Shown in pieces: positions 47,481 through 57,569 of a DNA stretch of 64,000 nt; position 1 is the stretch's first letter; each line of letters starts with the position of its first letter. The stretch spans positions 1,150,361 through 1,214,360 of the forward strand of contig JBFWOS010000001.1 in assembly GCA_050250375.1 (NCBI GenBank). Direction: 5' to 3'. The DNA comes from Candidatus Omnitrophota bacterium (GTDB lineage Bacteria > Omnitrophota > Gorgyraeia > Zapsychrales > Zapsychraceae). The position numbers were made by a program, and so were the translations under genes. Below the pieces are notes generated by a model, which saw nothing but the letters and a program-made list of their open reading frames with translations, was not told the origin of the DNA and did no database searches.

Positions 47481-48761
47481 TTATTTGTCTTCATAGACAA
47501 CTTTTCCACCATATATCGTTGTTTGAACCCGTCCGGTCAATGTCCTGCCAAAAAACGGACTGTTTTTTGATTTGGAAACTGTCTCTTCTTTGGTAACAAC
47601 CCATTCTTTATCCGGATCCACAATTGTAATATCCGCGTCATACCCTTCTTTCAAGACCCCTTTATTTTCGATTTTGACAATTCTGGCTTGAGACGTCGAC
47701 ATTTTATCAACGACCTGCTCCCAGCTTAAAATACCGGGCTTGACCAATTCCGTTATCGTTAAGGCCAGCGATGTTTCAAGTCCAATAATTCCAAATGGGG
47801 CGCTTTCAAAGTCCGCCTCCTTATCTTCTAAAGAGTGCGGCGCATGATCGGTAACAATCAGATCAATCGTTCCGTCTTTAAGCCCTTCTTTAATCGCCGC
47901 CACATCATCTGCCGTGCGTAGCGGCGGATTCATTTTGGCATTCGTATCAAACGTCTTGACTGCTTCATCAGTTAAAGCAAAATGATGTGGACAAGCCTCA
48001 GCCGTAACAGATACCCCCTGCTTCTTGGCATGCCGGATCAGATCAATAGATCGCCGGCAACTCATATGAGCAAAATGGACATGCCCCCCCAGATAATGAA
48101 CCAATTCAATATCTCTGGCAACGATGATACTTTCCGAAATATACGGATCGGCCTTTATCCCCAATAACGTCGATGTTACCCCTTCATGCATCGCCCCACC
48201 GGCACTGATCAACGGATCCTCACAATGCTGAATCAGAAGAATATCGACCATTTTGGAATATTCAATCGCCCGGCGCATCAACTGACTGCTGACCACACTT
48301 TTTCCATCGTCAGACAATGCCAGGCAACCGGCCGCCTTCATTTCAAACATGTCGACTAACTGACAGTCTTTCTGTCCACGGGTAATAGCCCCGATCGGTA
48401 TGACATTGCACAATCCGACCCGCTCAGACTCTTTTTTAATCGCTTCAACAATCATGGCGCTATCAATCACCGGACGCGTATTTGGCATACACATAACGCC
48501 GGTAAAACCTCCTTTGACAGCGGCTTGAGATCCTGTTTCAATCGTTTCTTTATATTCATGCCCCGGTTCACGGAAATGAACATGAATATCGATCAAACCC
48601 GGCAATACCAAAAACCCTTTAGCATCAATTGTTTTTTTAGCGCTAACTTGCAGCGAAGACCCGATTTTCTTAATAACTCCCTTATCAATAAAAATATCTT
48701 TGGGCTGCTTTTCTTTCTTATCAGCGTTCACGATCATAGCATTTTTAATTAAAAGCGACAT
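47481..48761 (-). CDS. pyrC: Dihydroorotase
   Basis: DIHVHFREPG, MPNT, KMNPPLR and TDHAPH motifs. Confidence 0.95.
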   Translation of the reverse strand: MSLLIKNAMIVNADKKEKQPKDIFIDKGVIKKIGSSLQVSAKKTIDAKGFLVLPGLIDIHVHFREPGHEYKETIETGSQAAVKGGFTGVMCMPNTRPVIDSAMIVEAIKKESERVGLCNVIPIGAITRGQKDCQLVDMFEMKAAGCLALSDDGKSVVSSQLMRRAIEYSKMVDILLIQHCEDPLISAGGAMHEGVTSTLLGIKADPYISESIIVARDIELVHYLGGHVHFAHMSCRRSIDLIRHAKKQGVSVTAEACPHHFALTDEAVKTFDTNAKMNPPLRTADDVAAIKEGLKDGTIDLIVTDHAPHSLEDKEADFESAPFGIIGLETSLALTITELVKPGILSWEQVVDKMSTSQARIVKIENKGVLKEGYDADITIVDPDKEWVVTKEETVSKSKNSPFFGRTLTGRVQTTIYGGKVVYEDK

Positions 48762-48772
48762 ACCATTTTCCT

Positions 48773-49711
48773 TTACTCTTCGTTTGCGTCTTTTGTTCCA
48801 AGGGTTAAATACAACACGGCCATCCGGACGGCCACCCCGTTCGTAACCTGATCCAAAATAACGGAATACTCGCCATCCGCCACCTCCGCAGATAACTCGA
48901 CCCCACGATTAGTGGGCCCGGGGTGCATAATTAAAACATCTTTCCGCGCGCCTTTAAGCCGGTTTTTATTCACACCAAATGTTTTTGCGTATTCCCGAAT
49001 GGATGGCAAATAGTTTTCTTCCTGCCGTTCTTTCTGTAACCGTAAAAGCATAATGACATCCTTGTCTTTGATCGCCTCGTCAATATCGTAACTAACCTCA
49101 GCCCCCATTTGTTCAATTCCAAACGGCATGAGTGTAGAGGGACCACAAACCGTCACATGCGCACCAAGCATGGTCAGCCCGACAATGTTAGATCTGGCCA
49201 CCCTTGAATGCAATATATCCCCGACAATGACAACTTTTAACCCTTTAATTTTTCCTTTTTTCTCTATAATTGTAAACATATCCAATAAAGCCTGTGTCGG
49301 ATGAGAGCGGCATCCGTCGCCTGCGTTGATCACCGAGGCATTCAAATGCTCAGCCAGCTTATAAGGAACACCGGCCGCCGAATGGCGCACAATAATTGAA
49401 TCGACGTTCATCGCTTCGATATTTTTAGCCATATCCAAAATCGTTTCCCCCTTGGACAATGAGCTTCCAGATCCGGACATATTAATCGTATCCGCCGACA
49501 AACGTTTTGCGGCCAGCTCAAAAGAAGCCCGCGTCCTCGTTGACGGCTCCATAAAAAGGGAAACGATCGTCTTGCCGCGCAAGGCCGGTACTTTTTTAAC
49601 CTCCCGAGAGGAAACTTCTTTAAATGACTTTGCCGTTTCCAAGATCATCTCGATCTCTTCCTTGGAAAGGCTCGCCAAATCCAAAAGATCATGCTTGGTC
49701 CATTTATCCAT
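48773..49711 (-). CDS. pyrB: Aspartate carbamoyltransferase catalytic subunit
   Basis: [15 protein letters not shown] and MHPGP motifs. Confidence 0.96.
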   Translation of the reverse strand: MDKWTKHDLLDLASLSKEEIEMILETAKSFKEVSSREVKKVPALRGKTIVSLFMEPSTRTRASFELAAKRLSADTINMSGSGSSLSKGETILDMAKNIEAMNVDSIIVRHSAAGVPYKLAEHLNASVINAGDGCRSHPTQALLDMFTIIEKKGKIKGLKVVIVGDILHSRVARSNIVGLTMLGAHVTVCGPSTLMPFGIEQMGAEVSYDIDEAIKDKDVIMLLRLQKERQEENYLPSIREYAKTFGVNKNRLKGARKDVLIMHPGPTNRGVELSAEVADGEYSVILDQVTNGVAVRMAVLYLTLGTKDANEE

Positions 49712-50249
49712 CTTTCTTTATCCTTTTGACGATCACTTCGTCGTCAAGTTCATCGGTTTCTTTTAGAATAACCTTTACACTTTCATTCTCGGCTGTCGGT
49801 ATATTTTTTCCGACATAATCAGCCCGGATCGGCAACTCACGATGCCCGCGGTCTATCAAAACGGCCAGCTGTATCTGGGCCGGCCGGCCTAAATCAATAA
49901 TCGCATCCAGCGCAGCCCTTATTGTACGTCCGGTATAAAGCACGTCGTCGACTAAAATCAATTTTTTCCCCGCGATATCAAAATCAATCAACGTTTCATG
50001 TACAACGGGTTGTGACGAAACCAAGGCTATGTCATCCCTATACAATGTGATATCTAGAATTCCAACCGGAACCTTTGTATTCTCGATTTTTTCGATACAA
50101 CTTCTTATTCTCTCAGCCAGAAAAACCCCTCGGGTCCTGATCCCGACCAAACAGATTTTTTTAGTCCCTTTATTTTTTTCCAGGATTTCATGAGCAATCC
50201 GCATTAAAGCCCGGCCGATGCTGTCCTTATCCATAATTTTCTTTTTCAT
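49704..50249 (-). CDS. pyrR: Pyrimidine operon regulator/uracil phosphoribosyltransferase
   Basis: [19 protein letters not shown] and [16 protein letters not shown] motifs; start placed at MKKKI. Confidence 0.95.
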   Translation of the reverse strand: MKKKIMDKDSIGRALMRIAHEILEKNKGTKKICLVGIRTRGVFLAERIRSCIEKIENTKVPVGILDITLYRDDIALVSSQPVVHETLIDFDIAGKKLILVDDVLYTGRTIRAALDAIIDLGRPAQIQLAVLIDRGHRELPIRADYVGKNIPTAENESVKVILKETDELDDEVIVKRIKKDG

Positions 50250-50332
50250 CGTGTTTCCTTTTTCATATAAATTACCGAATAAATTAAAAATCCCCAAGCA
50301 TTAAAAATCAACACCTGAGGATATCCGGCAAC

Positions 50333-50365
50333 AAAAAACCCGTCCTTCGGCATAAAGACGGGTTG
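50333..50365 (-). terminator. Attenuator terminator of the pyrR leader
   Basis: AACCCGTC..GACGGGTTTTTT on the minus strand. Confidence 0.8.
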
Positions 50366-50404
50366 AGTATAAATATCTTTTTACATGTTTTAACTTCATT
50401 TTAT

Positions 50405-50440
50405 TTCCTTACCGGTCTCACCGGACCGGCATTAAAGGTA
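50405..50440 (-). promoter_or_regulatory. PyrR-binding RNA element
   Basis: CCTTTAATGCCGGTCCGGTGAGACCGGTAAGG matches the CUUUAA..GUCCnGnGAGRC..AAGG consensus; upstream of the terminator and pyrR. Confidence 0.88.
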
Positions 50441-50468
50441 ATTCGTTGAAGTGAATATATCATCTACC

Positions 50469-51161
50469 TTATGATTTGTCAAGAAACGGCGTTTCGTGAG
50501 TCCTGAGATTAAACAAAATAACAAATTCTCCTTTCGGACCATGACGGGTAAAATGATCCAACAGTTGACTGGCCGGCCCTTCTCTGACTTCTTGAAATTT
50601 CTTGGTGATCTCACGAGCAACCGTTATGACCGGATCCCCTAATACCTCTTCGATATCCTTTAACGCCTTGCCCAATCGATGCGGGGACTCATAAAAAATG
50701 ACTGTCCGTGTTTCTTGTTTAAATTCTATCAACTTTTTCCTTCGGGCCGTTGATTTGACGGGTAAAAACCCTTCAAAAATAAAGGCGTCACACGGAAGGC
50801 CGGATAAAGATAACCCCGCGATCAAGGCTGTTGCTCCCGGAACAACTTCAATAGGAATGCCATTGCTTTTAGCCAAATTGATCAAACGGTAACCGGGGTC
50901 GCTGATCCCCGGGGTTCCGGCATCCGTCACTAACGCCACATCCTTTCCCTCTTTAAGCAGATTGGATATCTGTTCTCCTTTTTGACGTTCGTTGTGATCA
51001 AAGTAACTCGTTAATGGCGTTGTAATCTTGTATTCCATTAAAAGTCTTTTGGTGTGTCGGGTATCTTCGGCGGCGATCAAATCAACATTTTGTAATGTCT
51101 CTACCGCCCTAAAGGTGATGTCTTTAAGGTTTCCGATGGGAGTTGAAACGATATATAACAT
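50469..51161 (-). CDS. rsmI: 16S rRNA C1402 2'-O-methyltransferase
   Basis: TPIGNL.DIT.RA, AEDTR, DAGTPGISDPG and YESPHR motifs. Confidence 0.95.
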   Translation of the reverse strand: MLYIVSTPIGNLKDITFRAVETLQNVDLIAAEDTRHTKRLLMEYKITTPLTSYFDHNERQKGEQISNLLKEGKDVALVTDAGTPGISDPGYRLINLAKSNGIPIEVVPGATALIAGLSLSGLPCDAFIFEGFLPVKSTARRKKLIEFKQETRTVIFYESPHRLGKALKDIEEVLGDPVITVAREITKKFQEVREGPASQLLDHFTRHGPKGEFVILFNLRTHETPFLDKS

Positions 51162-51165
51162 TTGA

Positions 51166-51218
51166 TTTCAGCTTTCAGTTGTCAGTCACTGGCCACTGAT
51201 ACCTGAAGGCTGACAACT
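51166..51218. repeat. Heptamer-periodic palindromic intergenic repeat
   Basis: TTTCAGC-TTTCAGT-TGTCAGT mirrored by ACTGATA-CCTGAAG-GCTGACA. Confidence 0.55.
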
Positions 51219-53052
51219 ACTCTACAGTTACAGATTTTGCCAAATTACGGGGTTGATCAACGTCACAACCGCGCTTGACGGCAATATAATACGCAATTAG
51301 TTGCAAGGGTAAAACGGTCAATAAGGGGGTCAAGATGTTGATTGTTCGGGGGATATAAATAACATCATGCACATGTTTCTTGATAGATATGTCCCCCTCG
51401 GTAGCCACCGCGATGATCTTTCCCTTTCGGGAATTGATTTCCTGAATATTTGAAATCATTTTCTCGTATGTATCGGATTGGGTAGCTATACAAACAACTG
51501 CACGATATTCATCAATTAAAGCGATCGGGCCATGTTTCATTTCTCCCGCGGCATACCCTTCGGCCGGAATATACGAAATTTCTTTGAGCTTTAAGGCCCC
51601 TTCAAGCGCGGTTGGAAAATTATTATTTCTTCCTAAAAAGAGAAAACATCCGAAATGTGAATTTTTCTTGGCGATTTTCGCTATAAGATTTTTCCCTGTT
51701 AATATATGGGAATATAATTTGGGCACATGCTTTAATTCCCTAATGAGAATTGTCGCATCTCGAGGCTTCAGGGTTGTTTTCGTCAACCCCAATTTTATCC
51801 CGAAAAGATAAAGCATACAAAGCTGTGCAGTATATGCCTTAGTTGATGCCACCCCAATTTCCGGTCCGGCATGCGTATAAAGAATGCCGTCTGATTCCCT
51901 CGCCAGGGAAGAACCAATAACATTGCAAATGGAAATGACTTTGGCCCCGCGCGCCCTGGCCTCTCTGATCGCGGCCAATGTATCAGCCGTCTCGCCTGAT
52001 TGGCTTATGGCCAATATCAATGTCTGTTTATTAACAATCGGATTACGATAACGGAATTCACTCGCAGCATCCACCGAAACTGGTATGGACGTCAAAGATT
52101 CGATTATGTACTTCCCGACCATTCCGGCATGGTACGCCGTTCCGCAGGCAACAATCGTGATATTTTTTATCGACTTGATCTGTTTGTCGGTCAAACCTAT
52201 TCCATCGAGATGAATAGAATTTCTTTTTATCCGGAAATTCAGCATTTGCTTTAATACATCCGGCTGTTCATGAATTTCTTTAAGCATAAAATGCGAAAAA
52301 CCACCCTTGGCCACCGCATCAACCTTAAAGGTAACTTTATCAATCTTGGGTGACACTTTTTTTCCGTCAAAATTAAATACGTCTACGGCATCTTTGGTTA
52401 AGATAGCCATTTCGCCATCTTTAAGATAAATAACCTGTTTCGTGTATTCAAGAATAGCCGGCACATCGGAAGCGATAAAATTTTCTTCTTTTCCAAGACC
52501 GATAATTAACGGAGATCCTATCCGGGCCGCCACAAGCATCTCCGGGTGATCGGAACTAATCACCCCGATCGCGAAGGCGCCTTTTAATTCTTTAATCGCC
52601 TTCAGGACAGCCTCTTTTAAATCTTTTTTATAATAATCGCTGATAAGGTGAACGACCACTTCCGTGTCCGTATCTGAATGGAATTTATGCCCCCGTTTTA
52701 TCAGTTTTTCTTTCAGGGATTCATAATTTTCTATAATTCCATTATGAACAATGGTTATTTTGCCGGAGTTATCTGTGTGCGGATGCGCGTTTGTTTTATT
52801 GGGCACACCATGTGTCGCCCAACGTGTATGGGATATTCCGACATGACTGGAAGGAAGTGGTTGGGCCTTGACTAATTCCTGAAGATTGACAATTTTTCCA
52901 TGTGTTTTCCGCAAAAGGACTCCGCCGTTAGGATTAAGAGGGATTAATCCAACGCCAGATGAATCATATCCTCTATACTCAAGCCTTTTGAGACCGTCAA
53001 TGAGAATGGGATATGCTTCTTTTGTCCCGACATATCCAATGATGCCACACAT
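51217..53052 (-). CDS. glmS: Glutamine-fructose-6-phosphate aminotransferase
   Basis: MCGIIG, HTRWATHG, SQSGETAD and PRNLAKSVTVE motifs. Confidence 0.97.
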   Translation of the reverse strand: MCGIIGYVGTKEAYPILIDGLKRLEYRGYDSSGVGLIPLNPNGGVLLRKTHGKIVNLQELVKAQPLPSSHVGISHTRWATHGVPNKTNAHPHTDNSGKITIVHNGIIENYESLKEKLIKRGHKFHSDTDTEVVVHLISDYYKKDLKEAVLKAIKELKGAFAIGVISSDHPEMLVAARIGSPLIIGLGKEENFIASDVPAILEYTKQVIYLKDGEMAILTKDAVDVFNFDGKKVSPKIDKVTFKVDAVAKGGFSHFMLKEIHEQPDVLKQMLNFRIKRNSIHLDGIGLTDKQIKSIKNITIVACGTAYHAGMVGKYIIESLTSIPVSVDAASEFRYRNPIVNKQTLILAISQSGETADTLAAIREARARGAKVISICNVIGSSLARESDGILYTHAGPEIGVASTKAYTAQLCMLYLFGIKLGLTKTTLKPRDATILIRELKHVPKLYSHILTGKNLIAKIAKKNSHFGCFLFLGRNNNFPTALEGALKLKEISYIPAEGYAAGEMKHGPIALIDEYRAVVCIATQSDTYEKMISNIQEINSRKGKIIAVATEGDISIKKHVHDVIYIPRTINILTPLLTVLPLQLIAYYIAVKRGCDVDQPRNLAKSVTVE

Positions 53053-53112
53053 GGTAATTAAATTTCCAGATTAGGAAAACACCTAAAAATCAGAAGAACT
53101 TTAAACAGTCTG

Positions 53113-53373
53113 TTAAGATTTTGCTTTTTCAGCTGCCGGACGGATATTGATCAAAGTCATGACCTTGTTGTAGGTACTTTTCTTCCGAGTAAAATAAACT
53201 TCGCCGTCACACTTTGCCGTTAAATGCATGGTTCCGGAAACATTCAATCCCGGTTTCCACCGATGTCCTTCGCGGGTTAAAATCGTTCCAGCTTTAACTC
53301 TTTGCCCGCCACTGGTTTTAAGCCCTTTTGTCTCAACATAAAATTTATGCGTTAAACCGCCGATCCTTGACAT
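53113..53373 (-). CDS. rpmA: Divergent ribosomal protein bL27-like protein
   Basis: GLK..GGQRVKAGTIL.R.G....PGLNV....L.A..DG.V.F core; atypical N-terminus; GGAGG RBS. Confidence 0.75.
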   Translation of the reverse strand: MSRIGGLTHKFYVETKGLKTSGGQRVKAGTILTREGHRWKPGLNVSGTMHLTAKCDGEVYFTRKKSTYNKVMTLINIRPAAEKAKS

Positions 53374-53462
53374 TTTTTCCTCCGAAGATAATTAAAATTT
53401 GAATTTGTTCGACCAAATATAGTTCAGCAAGTATATATGAAAACGTTTAAATAATCAAATAA

Positions 53463-53494
53463 AATCCTACGTCCCCGGTCAGAGACGTAGGATT
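53463..53494 (-). terminator. Intrinsic terminator
   Basis: AATCCTACGTC/GACGTAGGATT stem followed by a T-rich tail on the minus strand. Confidence 0.7.
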
Positions 53495-53518
53495 CCTTAA
53501 AATCGGGTATTACAAGGT

Positions 53519-54379
53519 TTATTTGCCTAATATAGCGTCAATTTCTGCTTTTAATGAATTAAAATCGCGGGCATTGGTCACTTTTCCATTCATATAGAAA
53601 CTTGGGGTGCCCCGCACACCCACTTGCCCGCCCAACTGAATATCCTTTTGAATCATATCCTGATATTTCGCGTCATTATCTTTTAAGTCTTTTTCAAATT
53701 TCGCAACATTAAGGCCGATTTCCTGAGCTGACTTTTTATATAATTCTTCACCTAATTTATCCCGGTTTTCTAAGAGTTTATTGACCATCTCCCGGTATTT
53801 TCCTTGTTCTGATGCTGCCAGAGCAGCCTTGGCCGCTGGTTTTGCGTGCGGATGAAAGTCTAATGGAAAATTTTTAATAAGGTAATTAACATCCTTTGGA
53901 TAAGCATTCAAAACTTCTTCTATCGGTGGATGGAACCTGGCACAAAATGGACATTCCAGATCCATAAATTCAGTGATTGTAATTTTTGCGTTTTTAGCCC
54001 CGATGACCGGAGTATGTGCCACAGGAATTGTGTAGACTATATTCGGGTCTGGTGCTTGCGGGACGTTTGCGGCGGCCTGCGGAACAGCCCGGGCAGCTTG
54101 ATCGATTTTGGTTTCAAGAGATTTAATTCTTGATTCTAGATCGCTAATTCGGGATAACGCCGTCGCTAATTGGATCGCTGTTGAGGTATCCATACTATTA
54201 TTAGATGCCTGTCGGCTACCGACCTGTGCTTCAAGCCTGTTTTGCGCCTGCAATATGGCGGTTTGCTGGTTCATTAATTGCTGTATACCAGAAGAACTAT
54301 TTTGTTTGGACAGTAACCCCATGCCCATTAAAAGCACAATGACCACAAGTAATACTGAAGTGAAAACTTTATTATCCAT
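53519..54379 (-). CDS. DsbA/thioredoxin-like protein with N-terminal anchor and coiled coil
   Basis: ECPFC active site, NFPL and GTPSF motifs; start placed at MDNK. Confidence 0.9.
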   Translation of the reverse strand: MDNKVFTSVLLVVIVLLMGMGLLSKQNSSSGIQQLMNQQTAILQAQNRLEAQVGSRQASNNSMDTSTAIQLATALSRISDLESRIKSLETKIDQAARAVPQAAANVPQAPDPNIVYTIPVAHTPVIGAKNAKITITEFMDLECPFCARFHPPIEEVLNAYPKDVNYLIKNFPLDFHPHAKPAAKAALAASEQGKYREMVNKLLENRDKLGEELYKKSAQEIGLNVAKFEKDLKDNDAKYQDMIQKDIQLGGQVGVRGTPSFYMNGKVTNARDFNSLKAEIDAILGK

Positions 54380-54501
54380 GACTACCCCTTTTGGTTTGAT
54401 GATTTTGGTGAGTATCGCCTTGTAACTATCATAAGAAAAAAACAAATAAATGCAAGTAAAAACTTTTTCAGATTAAATATAAATGTCTGAAAGTAATTGT
54501 G

Positions 54502-55314
54502 TTATAAAGAAATACCTCCATATCTGGATACAACATGCTTGATGTCTTCCCAACGATTGGGACAGCCGAAGGCCGCCACGATAAGTGTACTATCACCTTT
54601 TTGCAGGGTTCCGACAAAACATGGTCCCGCGGAATGGGTGTATCCGGTCTTTCCGTAAATATCCCTTTTCCACCCCTTAAATAAAATCTTGTTATGACTT
54701 TTTAAAGAATGCTTTTGTCCTGACTTGCTGTAAATCGTTCTATACTTCATTTTAATAGCTTCCCGAAAAAATGAAAACTTCAATGCCTCACGAAAAATCA
54801 TATACATGTCGTAAGCTGTTGTGTATTGCGAAACTTTTTTTGTGGGTAATCCGTGAGAATTGGCAAACTTTGTATGCCGAGCGCCGATCTGCTTAGCCCT
54901 CGCATTCATCATTTCAACAAACTTTGATTCCGATCCGGCGACGGCTTCTGCCAATACGACACTGGCATCGTTGGCTGAATTCAGAATGATCGCAAACAAC
55001 AGATCCCGCACTCGGTATTGATCCCCCGGGCTCATATAAAGTTTAGTCGGCTGGGGTAAGGTCGCCCGATGGCTGACGGTCACAAACTCGTTCAGGGAAA
55101 GTTTTTCCAGAACCAGCAAAGCGGTCATAACCTTAGTCGTCGAAGCCGGGATAACCCGCTCATGAACATTTTTCCCGTATAATCGAACAACCTTTGTCCG
55201 GTCGGAAAAAATCATCGCTTTACAAGACACGCGATATTTCGCCGATACGTCAAAAGGAACTAAAAGAAGAACAATAAAAAGTATTATTGAAATAATTTTT
55301 TTATACAATTGCAT
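54502..55314 (-). CDS. D-alanyl-D-alanine carboxypeptidase (peptidase S11)
   Basis: PASTTK, SAND and KTG motifs; signal peptide. Confidence 0.92.
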   Translation of the reverse strand: MQLYKKIISIILFIVLLLVPFDVSAKYRVSCKAMIFSDRTKVVRLYGKNVHERVIPASTTKVMTALLVLEKLSLNEFVTVSHRATLPQPTKLYMSPGDQYRVRDLLFAIILNSANDASVVLAEAVAGSESKFVEMMNARAKQIGARHTKFANSHGLPTKKVSQYTTAYDMYMIFREALKFSFFREAIKMKYRTIYSKSGQKHSLKSHNKILFKGWKRDIYGKTGYTHSAGPCFVGTLQKGDSTLIVAAFGCPNRWEDIKHVVSRYGGISL

Positions 55315-55324
55315 ATGATTCTTA

Positions 55325-56260
55325 TTAAATCTTATTAGCCGAAAGGTAAACGCTCTCTAAGGCTTGATTGATACCGGGGGTTGGAAAAAAATGTTGTCCT
55401 TCCATTTTACAAAGCCGCCAAAAATCTTTATTCTTGCGGATCATAGCCCAAAAATTTTGTATTAAATGCTGCTCGCTAACAATAAACCTCAGCAACAGAT
55501 GTTGTTTCTCCCGGTCGTAAATTCGATCCTTTAAAACAACGGATACTTCCCCCTTCACATCTGTAAATACAAATTGATCCGGGTCAAAATCTTTGAGTTT
55601 AAATGACTTCACTTCAATATCCTCCTTGACTTTACAACGGATGTGTTCATTCTTCAATAAATTTAATTCAAAAAATTCTTCCTGGCCTTCTTCCAGCCAT
55701 TTGCGTTCAAACTTTGTTCCGAATCGCGGCTTGATTCCTTCTTCCTGCAAATGAAAATATCTTGGATCATTTTCCGCTTTTATCCATTCAAAATAAGGAA
55801 AATAATCCGTTACGATCTGGAGGTTCCCTCCATCAGCCAGGCGGTTGTTCAACAATTGCAAAAATTTGAGAGAAAATAACCTGTGTTTGATATGACTTTT
55901 CTTAGGCCAGGGACAAGGGAACAAACTGTAAATATGTTGAATGGATTTTTCCTGAAACAGCCGTTCAAATGCAGCCCATGCGTTTAATCGTAAAATCCGG
56001 ATATTCCGGACGACGGCAGCAGAGCGATTCAGCCGGCTTATTGATTTAATCGTTTTATAAATTCTTTCCCAATTATATTCAATGCCAACAAAATTGACAC
56101 CGGGACATTCCTGCGCCTTGCGCAGCAGGACTTCTCCCGTTCCAAAACCGATTTCAATTTGTAAGGGATTATCGTTATGAAAAATGTTCTCCCACTTGAT
56201 CGGCCTTTCCAGTGAATAAAAATCGACCAGGGGACTTAAGGAAGTTTCCGATAATTTCAT
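55325..56260 (-). CDS. trmB: tRNA (guanine-N7)-methyltransferase with C-terminal extension
   Basis: EIGFGTG, FPCPWPKKSH..HRL, TD and TKFERK motifs. Confidence 0.9.
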   Translation of the reverse strand: MKLSETSLSPLVDFYSLERPIKWENIFHNDNPLQIEIGFGTGEVLLRKAQECPGVNFVGIEYNWERIYKTIKSISRLNRSAAVVRNIRILRLNAWAAFERLFQEKSIQHIYSLFPCPWPKKSHIKHRLFSLKFLQLLNNRLADGGNLQIVTDYFPYFEWIKAENDPRYFHLQEEGIKPRFGTKFERKWLEEGQEEFFELNLLKNEHIRCKVKEDIEVKSFKLKDFDPDQFVFTDVKGEVSVVLKDRIYDREKQHLLLRFIVSEQHLIQNFWAMIRKNKDFWRLCKMEGQHFFPTPGINQALESVYLSANKI

Positions 56261-56261
56261 G

Positions 56262-56699
56262 TCACTTGTTTCTTAATTCTTCCAGATATTCCCAGCCTTT
56301 TCCCGACATAATATTGTCTTTAAAAATAACCGGCGTTAATTCATCGTCCGTTACCTGCCCATCGGAAGCATTAATGGTCGTCACAAAATACACGACAAGG
56401 TGTGGCACGCCTTCTGCGGTAAGCATTTCGATCCGAAACGGATTTCTTAAAGCGACGGTGCCATATGAATCAACGGATTCTGAACCCTCCTGAAAACCGA
56501 TTTTAACCTGATCCCCCATCAGGGCCATAACTTCTTCATAAGTCATACCAGCGGCGACCTGATCAATATTCGTCAACGGCTTTTGTGAAGCGCCCACTTT
56601 TTTCATCGGTTCAGGCGTAAATAAATATTCATCGCTGTCAATGGTCGCGCATCCGCTGACAAACAAACATAAAATCAACCATATGAAATTTTTTCTCAT
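56262..56699 (-). CDS. Lipoprotein (DUF3192/SmpA-like)
   Basis: Lipobox VSGC; GMTYEEV..LMG; DELTPVIF....GKGW. Confidence 0.75.
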   Translation of the reverse strand: MRKNFIWLILCLFVSGCATIDSDEYLFTPEPMKKVGASQKPLTNIDQVAAGMTYEEVMALMGDQVKIGFQEGSESVDSYGTVALRNPFRIEMLTAEGVPHLVVYFVTTINASDGQVTDDELTPVIFKDNIMSGKGWEYLEELRNK

Positions 56700-56873
56700 A
56701 ATATCTCCTCGCTCTGTTTTAAGATTCCGCTATTCTAACGCAAATGAAATCTCTAAACAAGAAATTTTGAATATGCAACACAAACAGATAAATAATCTTT
56801 GCCCTGTACTATTCCCATCTGGTAAGATAGGCAAAATTCCTTTAGATAACATATATCCGGACTGCATCCCAAC

Positions 56874-57569
56874 ATGACAAAGAACAAAAACCGTCCAATT
56901 AAATCGTTCTATTTTTCCGTTATCCTAATTTTCTATTGTATTACTTCTCTAACACTATTTTTTTACTTAAAAATATCCAACAACACACTAAAAAACTTTG
57001 TAAACCTGGTTATTCACAAATGGTACTTTCTAGATTCAGTAATAAGTTATTATTTAACGCCTTTTCTAAACTTTATCTACATTATAATTAGCTTTATCAC
57101 ATCCGTTCTTGCATACCTTTTCTTGAAACGGCGATTTCGAATCATCCAAATTTCTCAGATTAGCATTATTTTGGCATTCACATTATCCTTGGCCCTTCAA
57201 ACTATTCACCACATTAATCATTTAAAAAATGAAATGGCCCTTGTCAGGAACACAAAGCTGTACGATCGGCCTGTTATATTCAGCCAGTTGAATTTCCCTG
57301 TCAGCCTTTATGTAAAAAAATATTTACATGAAAAAAACAGCTGTGAATTAATAACAGATATGGACTTTTCTAATGAAAATTATATGGGAAATCTTGTAAA
57401 CTTAAGATACTACCTTTATCCCATTGACATCTATTTTAATCGTGACCAGCCCAAAGACTGTGTCTTGGTATATTGGTCTGAAAACCCCTTAGAACGCGTC
57501 CCCAACGGATATACTGCATTTCCGACATATCAGGATAAGCACGTTTTAGCCATAAAACTAACGCCATGA
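56874..57569 (+). CDS. Hypothetical membrane protein
   Basis: TM helices; YYLYP motif; coupled (ATGA) to the next gene. Confidence 0.7.
   Translation: MTKNKNRPIKSFYFSVILIFYCITSLTLFFYLKISNNTLKNFVNLVIHKWYFLDSVISYYLTPFLNFIYIIISFITSVLAYLFLKRRFRIIQISQISIILAFTLSLALQTIHHINHLKNEMALVRNTKLYDRPVIFSQLNFPVSLYVKKYLHEKNSCELITDMDFSNENYMGNLVNLRYYLYPIDIYFNRDQPKDCVLVYWSENPLERVPNGYTAFPTYQDKHVLAIKLTP

Noticed and set aside
53053-53112. glmS ribozyme
   Set aside because: The gap is only 60 nt and lacks the conserved ribozyme core.
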